Of a stretch of DNA of 64,000 nucleotides, positions 20,626-29,753 are shown in pieces (positions within the stretch are counted from its first letter, which is position 1; each line of letters opens with the position of its first letter). This DNA is from Candidatus Eiseniibacteriota bacterium. Its GTDB lineage: Bacteria; Eisenbacteria; RBG-16-71-46. The stretch is taken from positions 256,001 through 320,000 of the forward strand of contig CAVZLN010000008.1 in assembly GCA_963776245.1 (NCBI GenBank), in the 5' to 3' direction. The notes under the pieces were generated by a model. That model worked only from the letters and a program-made list of their open reading frames with translations, did not search any database and was not told the DNA's origin. Both the position numbers and the translations under genes were made by a program.

Positions 20626-21631
20626 TCACGTCGCGTCCTCGGTGGCCTGACCCAGCGACGCCAGCGACAGCCCCTCGCGATTCAGGTAGACCAGGCCCAC
20701 GACGGTGATCGGCAGCCACTGGCTCGCGAGGTAGAACCACGAGAACGCCGCCGCCGGGCCCGGGGACACCTTGAACAGCGCGAGCCCCGCCACGCACGCC
20801 GCATTGAGCGGGCCGACGTAGCCGGGCGCCGACGGCACCATGATGCCGATGGCTGTGACCACCAGCATGAGCAGCGCGACGTCCCAGCCCGAGCAGGATG
20901 TCGAGCGACCACAGGCTCAGCCAGATGGCGAACGCGTACACCAGGAACATGCCGAACGAGAGCGACAGCACCACCGCCAGCCGCCGGACGTCGCGGAACA
21001 GCCCGAGTCCCTCGATGAACTGGTCCAGCAGGTGCTGCACCTTGGCGCGCGGGCGGGCGGGCAATGGACGGGTGATCAGCCCGACGAAGCCATGCGCCAG
21101 CCGCGGACTGCGCTCGAGCAGGACGATGAACACCGTGAGCGTGGCGCTCAGGATGACCAGCAGCAGCGCGCCCTTCTGCAGCAGCTGCGCGGCGGCGGTC
21201 TCGGTCGAGATCGGGTGCACGAACAGCGCGACGCCGAGCAGGGCCAGCAGCGTGAGCATGTCGATGGCCCGCTCCACCACGATGGTGGCGAGCAGCATCG
21301 TCTTCGACAGCCCCTCGCGCCGCGCCAGCGCCCATGGCCGCACGAACTCCCCGAGCCGCAGCGGCAGCACCATGTTCGCCATGAATCCGATCATGGTGGA
21401 GCTGAACAGACTGTCGCCGGAGATGCGCCGCGGCGCGGCGATCAGCAGTCGCCAGCGCATCGCCCTCACCCAGAAGCCGAAGATGGTGAGCGCCATGGTG
21501 CCCACGAATCCGAGGTAGTTGGCCTCGCGCAGGACGTGCATCATCTCGGACAGCGAGACGTGGCGCATGGCCAGCCAGACGCACACGACCGAGACCACCA
21601 GCGCGATCAGGATGTTGAGCCATCGCTTCAC
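20626..21631 (-). CDS. lysylphosphatidylglycerol-synthase-TM/UPF0104 flippase-like membrane protein; frameshift near 20885
   Basis: RAMRWRLL, IGFMANMVLPLRLGEFVR and VERAIDML; the C-terminal PSAPGYVG lies in another frame. Confidence 0.8.
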
Positions 21632-22005
21632 TGGGTCCCCCTGTCCGTGGACGCCGCCCGCAGTTCCTCGAGCTCGCGCCGCACCAGCGCCAATTCGCGG
21701 ATGGTCTCCGCATGGTCGCGCCCGATCCGCGTCAGGCGCACCGAGAGATACAGCAGCATCGTGGTGCCGAAGGCCAGCCCGACCAGGAACACCATGCTGC
21801 TCTCGTAGAGGATCCCGAGGGCGTGGGTCAGGCCGCGCAGGGCGGGGGTCCAGAATCCGAGCACCGCCGCGACGGCGCTCGAGACCATCCACAGGAACGA
21901 GTACTCCTCGGCCAGCCGGCGACGTCGTACCAGCTCGAGCACGACGAGCGCGAGCGCCATCGCGCCGACCGCCGTGATGACCTGGGTCCTCGACAGGAAG
22001 TCCAT
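21628..22005 (-). CDS. DUF2304 family small membrane protein
   Basis: VLELVRRRRLAEEYSFLW and a C-terminal LARELAL-like helix; the usual partner directly downstream of a DPM-like GT2. Confidence 0.8.
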   Translation of the reverse strand: MDFLSRTQVITAVGAMALALVVLELVRRRRLAEEYSFLWMVSSAVAAVLGFWTPALRGLTHALGILYESSMVFLVGLAFGTTMLLYLSVRLTRIGRDHAETIRELALVRRELEELRAASTDRGTQ

Positions 22006-22022
22006 CGGCCCCTCCTCCGCGG

Positions 22023-22727
22023 TCAGTCGCGCCGCGTCAACAGCGCCATCAGCGATGCGAGCAGGTTCTTGTACGGGTAGTAGAGCTGCTTCCCCAGCGT
22101 GTAGAACGATCGTCCGGCGGTCCGCTCGCGCATCTCCACCGGGACCTCGCACAATCGGAATCCCCGGCGGGCGAGCGCGATCAGCAGCGGCGCGTCCGGG
22201 AAGTCCGCCGGGAAGTCGTACTGGCAGACCTCCATGACCGCGCGCCCGTACGCTCGGAAGCCCGACGTCGTGTCGGCGATCCGGCCGCCCGCCGCGAGAC
22301 GTACCACCCATGCGAACAGCACCATCCCCGCGCGGCGCAGCGGCGGCGCATGGTACGCGGTGTGGGCCACGTAGCGCGAGCCGATGCACACGTCGGCCCG
22401 GCCGGCGAGCACCGGTTCCGCCACCGCCTCGAGCGCGGCGGCCGGATGCTGGCCGTCGGCGTCGAACTGCACCGCCACATCGTAACCGTGCTCGACCGCG
22501 TAGCGAAAGCCGGTCTGCAGTGCGGCGCCGACCCCGAGGTTGACCGCATGCCGCAGGACCACGACGCCCTGCTCCCGGGCCACCCGGCCGGTGCCATCGC
22601 GCGAGCCGTCGTCGACCACCAGCACCACCGCACCGGGCACCGCGCGTCGCAGCTCGCCGAGGGTCGTGGTCAGGCTGGCCTCCTCGTTGAGCGCGGGGAC
22701 GATCACCAGAAGCGGGGCGGCGTTCAT
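22023..22727 (-). CDS. glycosyltransferase family 2, polyprenol-phosphate glycosyltransferase (DPM/GtrB-like)
   Basis: VPALNEE, VDDGSRDGT, NLGVG, QFDADGQH, GSRY, DTTSGFRAY and EVPVEMRER. Confidence 0.88.
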   Translation of the reverse strand: MNAAPLLVIVPALNEEASLTTTLGELRRAVPGAVVLVVDDGSRDGTGRVAREQGVVVLRHAVNLGVGAALQTGFRYAVEHGYDVAVQFDADGQHPAAALEAVAEPVLAGRADVCIGSRYVAHTAYHAPPLRRAGMVLFAWVVRLAAGGRIADTTSGFRAYGRAVMEVCQYDFPADFPDAPLLIALARRGFRLCEVPVEMRERTAGRSFYTLGKQLYYPYKNLLASLMALLTRRD

Positions 22728-24278
22728 GCCGGCCGCCGCACGAACGAGCGTGCCATCGCCAGGACGAGAGCCCGCGATCGGTGGAGCAGCTCATTGGCCA
22801 GCGGGACGCCTTCGAGCTTCTCGAGGTCGTAGCGCACCACCAACCCCGCCGCGCCCGCCGCCCCGATGGCGAGCGGCACCAGCAGGATGCGCACGGCCAG
22901 GCTCAGCGGCCAGCGGGAGCAGCAGGGCCGCGAGCGCCAGCGCGACCAGCAGGAGCATCAGCGCGCCGCTCACCACGACCGTGCGGGTGCGGGCGGCGGC
23001 GCCCTCGGGCATGAGGCGCGCGAGCACGATGAGCGCGGCGAGGTAGGCGACCACGGCACCCCCCAGATTGGCCCAGGCCGCCCCCGCGATGCCGAGCATC
23101 GGCACCAGCAGGAAATAGGAGCCGAACTCCGCCGCGAACTTCGCCAGCGCGAGCCCGAGCACGGTGCCGGGGCGCCGCATGGCCTGGTACAGCATGGTGA
23201 TGGGCTGTTGCGCGATACGCAACGCCGGGACCAGCGCCAGCACGCGCAGCAGCGGGATGGCCGGCTCGAACAGCGGACTTCCCACCAGCAGCGTGATCTC
23301 GCGTGCGAAGGTGAACAACCCGAACGACAACGCGCACCCGGCCACCTGGATGAGCCGGTGCGCCTGGTGGAACACGTCCCGCAGCCGCTCGCGCTCCCCG
23401 CGCGCCACGAGATGCGTGAACGACGGCAGCAACGCCGACGGAAGCGTCTGGATCAGCTCGACCAGACGTTCGACGGTCTGGAACGCGAACGCGAAATAGC
23501 CCACCTGCGTGGCGTCGAACAGCTTCCCGAGGATGATCTTCGAGAGGTTCTGGCCCGAGGTGAACGTGATCCGGGCGCCCAGCAGCGGGAGGCAGTACGC
23601 GAACATCGACCGGAGCAGCGGCGCTCGCCGGCCCTCGGGCGGCTCGCCCGGCACCGGTCGCAGGAACCACATCGGCACCAGGATCGAGGCGAGGCCCTGG
23701 GCCACGGTCAGCACGGTGAGCCCGACCGCGAGGGACATCAGTCCGTGCTGCGTGTACCACAGCAGTCCGACCATCACGGTCTTGGCGATGTGGAAGACGA
23801 CCGCGATGAGCGTCATCGGGCGGAATCGCTGCATCCCGTACAGGGTCGCGCGCCCCGCGGTGGCGAAGCCGTCGAACGCCACCATCAGCGCCAGCACCGG
23901 CAGGAGCTGGCCCAGCTCCGGCATCTGGAACTGTCTCGAGAGGAACGGCGCCAGCGCCACGAGCACGATGCTGGCGAGCACACCGAGGCTGAACTTCAGC
24001 GAGAGGGCGAGGGTGAGCGAACGCCGCAGCGCGTGCTGGTCCCCGCGCGCCTGGAACTCGGCGGCGTAACGTTCGAGGAACACCTCGAAGTTGCCGGTCG
24101 CCAGCGCGGCGAGCCCGGAGGAGGCGAGGGCGACGGAGATGATGCCGTACTTGGTGGGGCCCATCCAGCGCATCAGCAGGGCGACGTAGGCGATGCCCGA
24201 GAGCGCCGCGGTGGCTCGCTCGATGGCAAGGTAGAACGCCCCACGCGAGATGTTGTGCGCGATCTCGCCCCGCTTCAT
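22724..24278 (-). CDS. third polysaccharide flippase (Wzx-like); frameshift near the 3' end (~22860-22915)
   Basis: RWMGPTKYG, KIILGKLFDATQVGYF and ALLPSF. The likely true C-terminus (VRYDLEKLEGVPLANE...RRPA*) is in another frame and ends in an ATGA overlap at 22724. Confidence 0.75.
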
Positions 24279-24431
24279 CCGGCGGCCCCTCGCCGCTGGC
24301 CACCCCTCGAGTGCGCGCGCGCGCTCCGGACGCCGGTCCGGCGGGCTGCGCGCGAGCCCCGGCGCTCCATCCTCGGCGGTACGGACTCGGCGGGCATGGG
24401 TAGTGGGCGGCTCACGCGAGGGGTGGTGGAC

Positions 24432-25226
24432 TCACAGCCGGCGGTAGATGAACTCCGGGATCTCGAGCTGGCGGCGATTGAGCACCGTCCCCACCACCCG
24501 TGCCCCGGCCTTGCGCAGCAGCTCGGCCGATCGGGCCAGCACCGGTCGCTTGGTCCGGCCGGCCTGCGCCACCAGCACGGCCACGTCCGCCACCGCGGCG
24601 AGCGGGGCGGCGTCCGATGAATCGAGCACCGGAGGGCCGTCGATGACCACCCAGTCGTAGCTGCCGGAGGAGTGTTCCACCAGCTCGCGCGCCTCCGCCG
24701 GGGAATAGACGCCGGTGAGCCGCCGTTCCGCGGTCACCGGAAGGGCATGCAGGTTGATGACCACGCCGACATCGGGCCCCGGACTCATGCCGGACGCGAG
24801 CACCGGGCACCGGGCGATGCGGTGGGCGGGATCCAGCTCGATGGTGGGTCGCGAGGCGTTCGCGTCCACCAGCAGGATGTGCAGGGTGCGGTCGCGGGCG
24901 AGTGTCCCAGCGAACTGGTGGGCCACGGTGGTGGTGCCCTCGCCGCCCTGGGGTCCCTGGAAGATCACGACTCGACAGCCGCGCTCGGGCAGCGCCGACT
25001 CGAGGCCGATGCGAAGGGTGGTCATCTGCTGCACGACCTCGTCGTCGAGCGTCACCGAGAGCGCCAGCGGCGTGCCGGCTCGCGGCTCCACGGCCCGCTC
25101 GGCGTGTGCCGGACCGCCCGGGTGTCCGCCCATCGCGGGGCGGGGCGGCGGGGCGAGCGGAGGCGGGGTGGCGGGCTCGGAGCGGCCCGCCTGGGCCTTT
25201 CGCAGGGCGTCGAAGATACGGGACAT
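24432..25226 (-). CDS. CpsD/CapB-family BY-kinase homologue (stand-alone Wzc cytoplasmic domain) with degenerate Walker A
   Basis: MSRIFDALRKA start, GGEGTTT, LLVDAN, VVIDGPPVL and GTVLN; adjacent to Wzz and Wza genes. Confidence 0.8.
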   Translation of the reverse strand: MSRIFDALRKAQAGRSEPATPPPLAPPPRPAMGGHPGGPAHAERAVEPRAGTPLALSVTLDDEVVQQMTTLRIGLESALPERGCRVVIFQGPQGGEGTTTVAHQFAGTLARDRTLHILLVDANASRPTIELDPAHRIARCPVLASGMSPGPDVGVVINLHALPVTAERRLTGVYSPAEARELVEHSSGSYDWVVIDGPPVLDSSDAAPLAAVADVAVLVAQAGRTKRPVLARSAELLRKAGARVVGTVLNRRQLEIPEFIYRRL

Positions 25227-25245
25227 GCGCGGATCGTCCTCGGGG

Positions 25246-26628
25246 TCAGTGGGGTTGGAGGCGGCGCCGGCGGCGCTCGCTGAGGGCGGCGAGGACGGGC
25301 ACCGAGATCGCTTCTTCGGCGTGGCTGGCCGTCCGCACCGTGATGTCGAGTCCGTCGATGAAGAAGGCGAGCCCGATGCCGACCACCAGGCTGAACGCGG
25401 GTGCGAGCGCGAGACGCACGTAATCATGCGCGTTGGTGGGGACGGCCGCCCCGGCGGGAGCCAGCAAGATGACCCGCGCACGGGCCGCCACGATCTCGTT
25501 CACGCGCGCCTGGTCGCGCTGCTGGATGAGGCCCCGGTGGCGGTCCTTGAGCATCACGATCTCGCCATCGAGGGCGGCGATATGGGCCTCGCTGGTCGGC
25601 ATGGTCTCGAGCTGGGATCGCAGGCGGGATTCCTCATGCTCGAGCGAGACCAGCCGCGATCGCAGGATCTCCGTGCGGGAGGACTGCACCTCGAGCCGGG
25701 TCTCGACCTCACGCTTCAGCATGCCGCGCAGCACGGCCAGCGTCTCCAGCGCGTTCGTCACCTCGGGGGACTCGTCGCGATAGCGCTCGCGCAACTGCGC
25801 GACGCGCGCCTCCTGATCGAGGACCTTCTGCTTGAGGTTCTGGAGCACGTCCATCCCCGACGGTATGTTGGGGATCGGCATGTCCACGTCCGGGCGCTGC
25901 TGGAGCGCGCGCATCACCCGCTCCAACGCCTGCGCCTCGGCGAGATCCGCCTCGGTCGTGACGCGCTGCTGCTGCAGGGCGGTGAGCTGGGAGACGAGCG
26001 CCCGCGTCTGCTCGGGCACGTCGGCCAGGCCGCGGTCGAGGAAGAAGCGCCGGCGGGACTCCGCGAGTCGGTCCATCTCGCTCTCGGTGCGGGCGATCTC
26101 GTCGGCGAAGAAGCCGGCGGGCCGGGCCGATCCCATCTGGTCCTCGCGATAGTCGATGTACGCCCGGATCAGCGCGTCGCACACGGCACGCGCGACCAGG
26201 GGGTCGCGGTCGCGGTACCCGATGGCGATCACGTTGCTCTTGCCCATCACCTCGACGTCCACGTTCGCGGCCTGGAGCTCCAGCGAGCGCTGCCCGCGCC
26301 CCGCCGCCTGCCGCAGGGACTGGCGCGCCCGGTCCAGCACCGGGACGCTCCTCAGCATCTGGAGCTCGCTGCCGAGATCCTGCTCCCAGTCGCTGAAGAT
26401 GCGGGGGTCGGGCTCGAGCACGCTCAATTGCTCGCCGCGCTTGAAGAGCACGCGCCCCGAGGAGATGTAGGCGATCGGGGTGGCCAGCGTGACCACCATC
26501 ACGGTCAGTGTCGTGACGAGGAACAACCCGACGATGATCCACTTGCGGCGGAACGCCACCGTGAGGAACTCGCGGGTCGTGGCCTGGGGAGCGCTGGAGA
26601 CCGAGGAGGGCGATGGATTGTCGTTCAT
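25246..26628 (-). CDS. polysaccharide co-polymerase / chain-length determinant (Wzz/GumC-like)
   Basis: FRRKWIIV plus N-terminal TM, a long coiled coil with ERYRDESPEV, a C-terminal TM, then LDITVRT..E.E.ISVPVLA. Confidence 0.85.
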   Translation of the reverse strand: MNDNPSPSSVSSAPQATTREFLTVAFRRKWIIVGLFLVTTLTVMVVTLATPIAYISSGRVLFKRGEQLSVLEPDPRIFSDWEQDLGSELQMLRSVPVLDRARQSLRQAAGRGQRSLELQAANVDVEVMGKSNVIAIGYRDRDPLVARAVCDALIRAYIDYREDQMGSARPAGFFADEIARTESEMDRLAESRRRFFLDRGLADVPEQTRALVSQLTALQQQRVTTEADLAEAQALERVMRALQQRPDVDMPIPNIPSGMDVLQNLKQKVLDQEARVAQLRERYRDESPEVTNALETLAVLRGMLKREVETRLEVQSSRTEILRSRLVSLEHEESRLRSQLETMPTSEAHIAALDGEIVMLKDRHRGLIQQRDQARVNEIVAARARVILLAPAGAAVPTNAHDYVRLALAPAFSLVVGIGLAFFIDGLDITVRTASHAEEAISVPVLAALSERRRRRLQPH

Positions 26629-26643
26629 GGACGCTGACGGTTC

Positions 26644-27390
26644 CTAGTGGCTCGAGGGGACCACGAAGACGCGGTCCAGGTTGAAGAGTTCCCAGCCGGT
26701 GAACGCCGTGCTGAGGATCCGCTGCGGGCCATCCAGGAACTGCTGGCAGAAGAGGCCGACGTTCCCGATGGTCGACCGGGGCACGTACACGATGTCGAAT
26801 CGTCCCACCAGCAAGTCCTCGCCGAGGTCGCCGGACTTGATGGCCCGGTCGAGTCGCAGCCGCATGACCCTCACGTTGCGCGCGCCATCGCGCCGGAACA
26901 GCAGCACGCTGTTGCGCGCCGCGTCGTTCTTGAAGCCCCCCGCGGATGTGATGGCCTGGAGCACCGTCATGAAGGGCGTGGCGGGGACCGACTGCGGGGC
27001 GCCCACCTCTCCGAGCACGTGCACCCGGTTGCCCGCCAGTTCGGCCACCTCGACCGTGAGGCGCGGGTTCCGGAAGTCGGGAGCGAGCAGCGCGAGCAGC
27101 GCCTGCTCGAGCTCGCGCGGCGTGCGTCCGGCCGCGATCACCTCGCCGACCGGGAACACGCTGATCCGGCCATCGATCCGGACGCGCGCGCTCCTCACCA
27201 GGTCGCTCGAATTGTCGGGCCGCGGCCCGAAATTGAGGTTCACGAGGTCGCCGGGGACCAGGCGGTACTCGGGGACCCGGCTCCAGTCCATGCCGGTGGA
27301 ATCGGCATCCGCCGCGCACGCCGGGAGCGCACACACGACGGCCAGGGCCTGGAGCATGGCGAACAGGGTGCGGACGGACCATCGATTCAC
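26644..27390 (-). CDS. wza: polysaccharide export protein (Wza/Poly_export + SLBB)
   Basis: YRLVPGD, VRIDGRISVFPVGEVIAAGRT, VHVLGEVGAP and SAGG. GTG start at 27390 chosen from the upstream GGGGAG. Confidence 0.85.
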   Translation of the reverse strand: MNRWSVRTLFAMLQALAVVCALPACAADADSTGMDWSRVPEYRLVPGDLVNLNFGPRPDNSSDLVRSARVRIDGRISVFPVGEVIAAGRTPRELEQALLALLAPDFRNPRLTVEVAELAGNRVHVLGEVGAPQSVPATPFMTVLQAITSAGGFKNDAARNSVLLFRRDGARNVRVMRLRLDRAIKSGDLGEDLLVGRFDIVYVPRSTIGNVGLFCQQFLDGPQRILSTAFTGWELFNLDRVFVVPSSH

Positions 27391-27405
27391 GAGTGCTCTC
27401 CCCCG

Positions 27406-27444
27406 AAGAACAAACCCCGACTCCCTGCGCATGGGGAACCGGGG
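27406..27444 (-). terminator. intrinsic terminator inside the wza 5' leader (attenuator)
   Basis: CCCCGGUUCCC-8 nt loop-GGGAGUCGGGG (11 bp, 2 G-U) followed by UUUGUUCUU, ending 15 nt before the wza start. Confidence 0.7.
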
Positions 27445-27628
27445 GCATCCGCCGTGAGGCGGGCCTGTCGGGTCACCGAGCGCGGGGGACCGGCCGAACC
27501 ACCGGCCGGCGTGGGTGCATCTTTCGGATCGGACGGCTGCCAACGACCCGAAGGAGTAGCAACGTGCGTCTCGGGAGACCTCCGCTTGGACCTGGAACCA
27601 CCACGAGCCGGGTGGTTTCGAGGCAAGA

Positions 27629-27658
27629 AGTATAGGGAGCCGGTTCGATCGGTGTCAA
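27629..27658 (-). promoter_or_regulatory. sigma70 promoter TTGACA-N18-TATACT for the wza operon leader
   Basis: Perfect -35 (27658-27653) and near-perfect -10 (27634-27629). Confidence 0.75.
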
Positions 27659-27695
27659 CCGACGAGTCCCGGCGGGGCCCTTCAGGGCTATGAGG

Positions 27696-27710
27696 GCAAG
27701 CGGCGTGCCG
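27696..27710 (-). promoter_or_regulatory. putative sigma54 -24/-12 promoter CGGCAC-N5-TTGC upstream of the wza operon
   Basis: CGGCACGCCGCTTGC on the minus strand, with the invariant GG-N10-GC spacing, in intergenic DNA. Confidence 0.55.
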
Positions 27711-27722
27711 CGAGGACAGGGT

Positions 27723-28669
27723 TCACCGATCGGCCAACACCGCGCCGCAGAAGAGGGGCACCATGATCTCGTGGTGCCCGGTGAGCGAGATGCCCCGGGC
27801 ACCGGGGGCCCGAGTGGGGCGTTCCACCACATTCACCCGCGGCCGGTAGTGCTGGATCTGGTCGAAGTCGAGCGTGGTCAGCCCGTCGAGGCTGGCCCCC
27901 AGGTTGCGAGCCACGGTCAGCGCCTTGAGGAAGACCTCGGGCATCACCACCGCCGAGCCGAGGTTGATCACGACCGCCCCGCGCGCCTCCGCGAGGGTGG
28001 CGGCGAGGATGCGGAAGTCGCGCAGCGACGTGGCGCCCAGCGCCGCTCCGTCGCATGCCGGATGGTAGTGGATGGTGTCGGTGCCCACCGCCACGTGCAC
28101 CGTGGCCGGGATGCCCGGCGCGTGAGGCGGCGACCAGCAGGCTCTCCCGCGCATGGGGCGGCGCGGACTCCGCGAGCGCGCGCGCCCAGCATTCGCCCAG
28201 GCCCTCGCCGCGGCGCGCGCCCTCCGCCATCGCCGCGTTCATGAAGTCCCCGGTCTCGTCGACCATGCCGAAGGTGCCCGTCTGCAGATTGGCTTCGACG
28301 TCCTCGGAGGTGCGGCCGAGGCGCGCGATCTCGACGTCATGCAGGGCGGCGGAGCCGTTCATCGCGAGATGGGTGATCACGCCTCGTTCGACCAGCTCGA
28401 TGAGACACGGGGAGACGCCGGTCTTCACCACGTGGCCACCGAGCATCGCCACCACCGGCCGCCGGTCGCGCGCGGCGGTCACCGTGCGCGCCACCGCGTC
28501 GCGCAGCGCGCGCCCGGCCAGTTGGTCGGGCAGCGCGTCGAGCAGCGCGCGCGCGGCGCCCGGGATCGAGCGGCCGGGCGAAGTCCTCGACCCGCACCCG
28601 CGTGGGCCGGCCGGCCACGGAGCCGACCGTCAGCCGCGCGAGGTCGGCCTCGCGGAAGCGCGACGTCAC
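27723..28669 (-). CDS. conserved hypothetical protein, deoxyhypusine-synthase-like fold; frameshifts near 28560 and 28125
   Basis: GGHVVKTG, HLAMNGSAALHDVE, TSEDV....GTFGM, PATVHVAVGTD, NLGSAVVMPEVFLKA and GHHEIMVP, spread over three frames. Confidence 0.65.
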
Positions 28670-29527
28670 ACGCCCGCCGCGAATTCCTGGAGGATCACGT
28701 CCACCGAGCCGATCGTCACCTTGCTCCTCATGCGCACCGGGATGCGCCGGTCGTCGGCCGTGAGCCAGATGAGCAGCCGGCCCTTGTTCTTGAAGATGCC
28801 GCCCGCCTTGAGCACCGGCTCGATCACCACGCAGTCGAAGGTCCCCGCGGGCGTCTTCATCCGGTCGCGGCCGAGGATCCGCACCTCGAGCGGAAGGCTC
28901 TTCCGGCTCGCATGATAGTCGAACACGATGCTCCCGCCGATGGGCAGCGCCTGGGTGCGCGTGTAGTAGAACGCCGAAAGCGCGTCCTGGCAACGATCGG
29001 GGATGGGGAACCGGGTGCCGTTGCGGTACAGGGCCTCGCGCTTCGGATAGTCGAAGAGGATCTCCTCCTGCACCCGGTAGCCGCCCTCGCGGCGGTTCTC
29101 GGCGTAGCGCCAGCTGAAGCGGCCGTCACGGTCCCAGGTGGACTCGATGCGATTGCGCACCTTGTAGATCAGGCTCACGAAGCCATTCGACTCCGCGCGC
29201 GCCACCAGGTGGAACGCCGGCCGGCCGCTCGTGATCGATCATCTCGGGCACCTCGAGCCACGCGGTGCCCGCGTGGGCGAACTTCCACTGCACGGAGAAG
29301 CGCAGCGATTCGCCGACGCGGATGGGCCGCTCCGGCGCGGGCAGGATCTCGTGCTGCCCCGGCGGGGGCACGAGGACGGAGGCCGCGATGTCGGTGGAGT
29401 CGGTCTCGCTCGGCACACTGTCGCCTTCGCCCCCGGCGCGCGCGGCGGGAACGATCAGCGCCATCATGAGAACCGCCGCGGCCAGGCCGCCCGGAGTCCC
29501 GCACGGCCGGGCGCGGAGCGCACGCAT
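28666..29527 (-). CDS. DUF3108 domain-containing exported protein; frameshift near 29225
   Basis: Signal peptide, GESLRFSVQW..AG.A, then QDALSAFYYTR, TPAGTFDC and IWLTADDRRIPVR. Confidence 0.75.
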
Positions 29528-29609
29528 CCCTGTCCCCTTCGATTCGAGGCTCATGTCATGCATCAGGCAGCAATTCCGGTGCCCGGGTCCCGGGACCCGT
29601 GGGGCGGGC

Positions 29610-29638
29610 ACTATGTCCAGCCCCCATCCCGGTGTCAA
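29610..29638 (-). promoter_or_regulatory. sigma70 promoter TTGACA-N17-CATAGT for the DUF3108 operon
   Basis: Perfect -35 with a 17-nt spacer in intergenic DNA. Confidence 0.6.
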
Positions 29639-29753
29639 TCCTCGGCTTCCGAGTCCCGCGGCCGGTGGGTCGCGCGGGCCGGCGGAGGGCGCGACGTGGC
29701 CACCCCGCGACGGGTGCGACGGGCCTCCGACCAGCGCGGTGCCAGGCGGCGGG

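Noticed and set aside
27556..27573. Another sigma54-like box (GAGACGCACGTTGCT) in the wza leader
   Set aside because: It lacks the invariant GG at -24.
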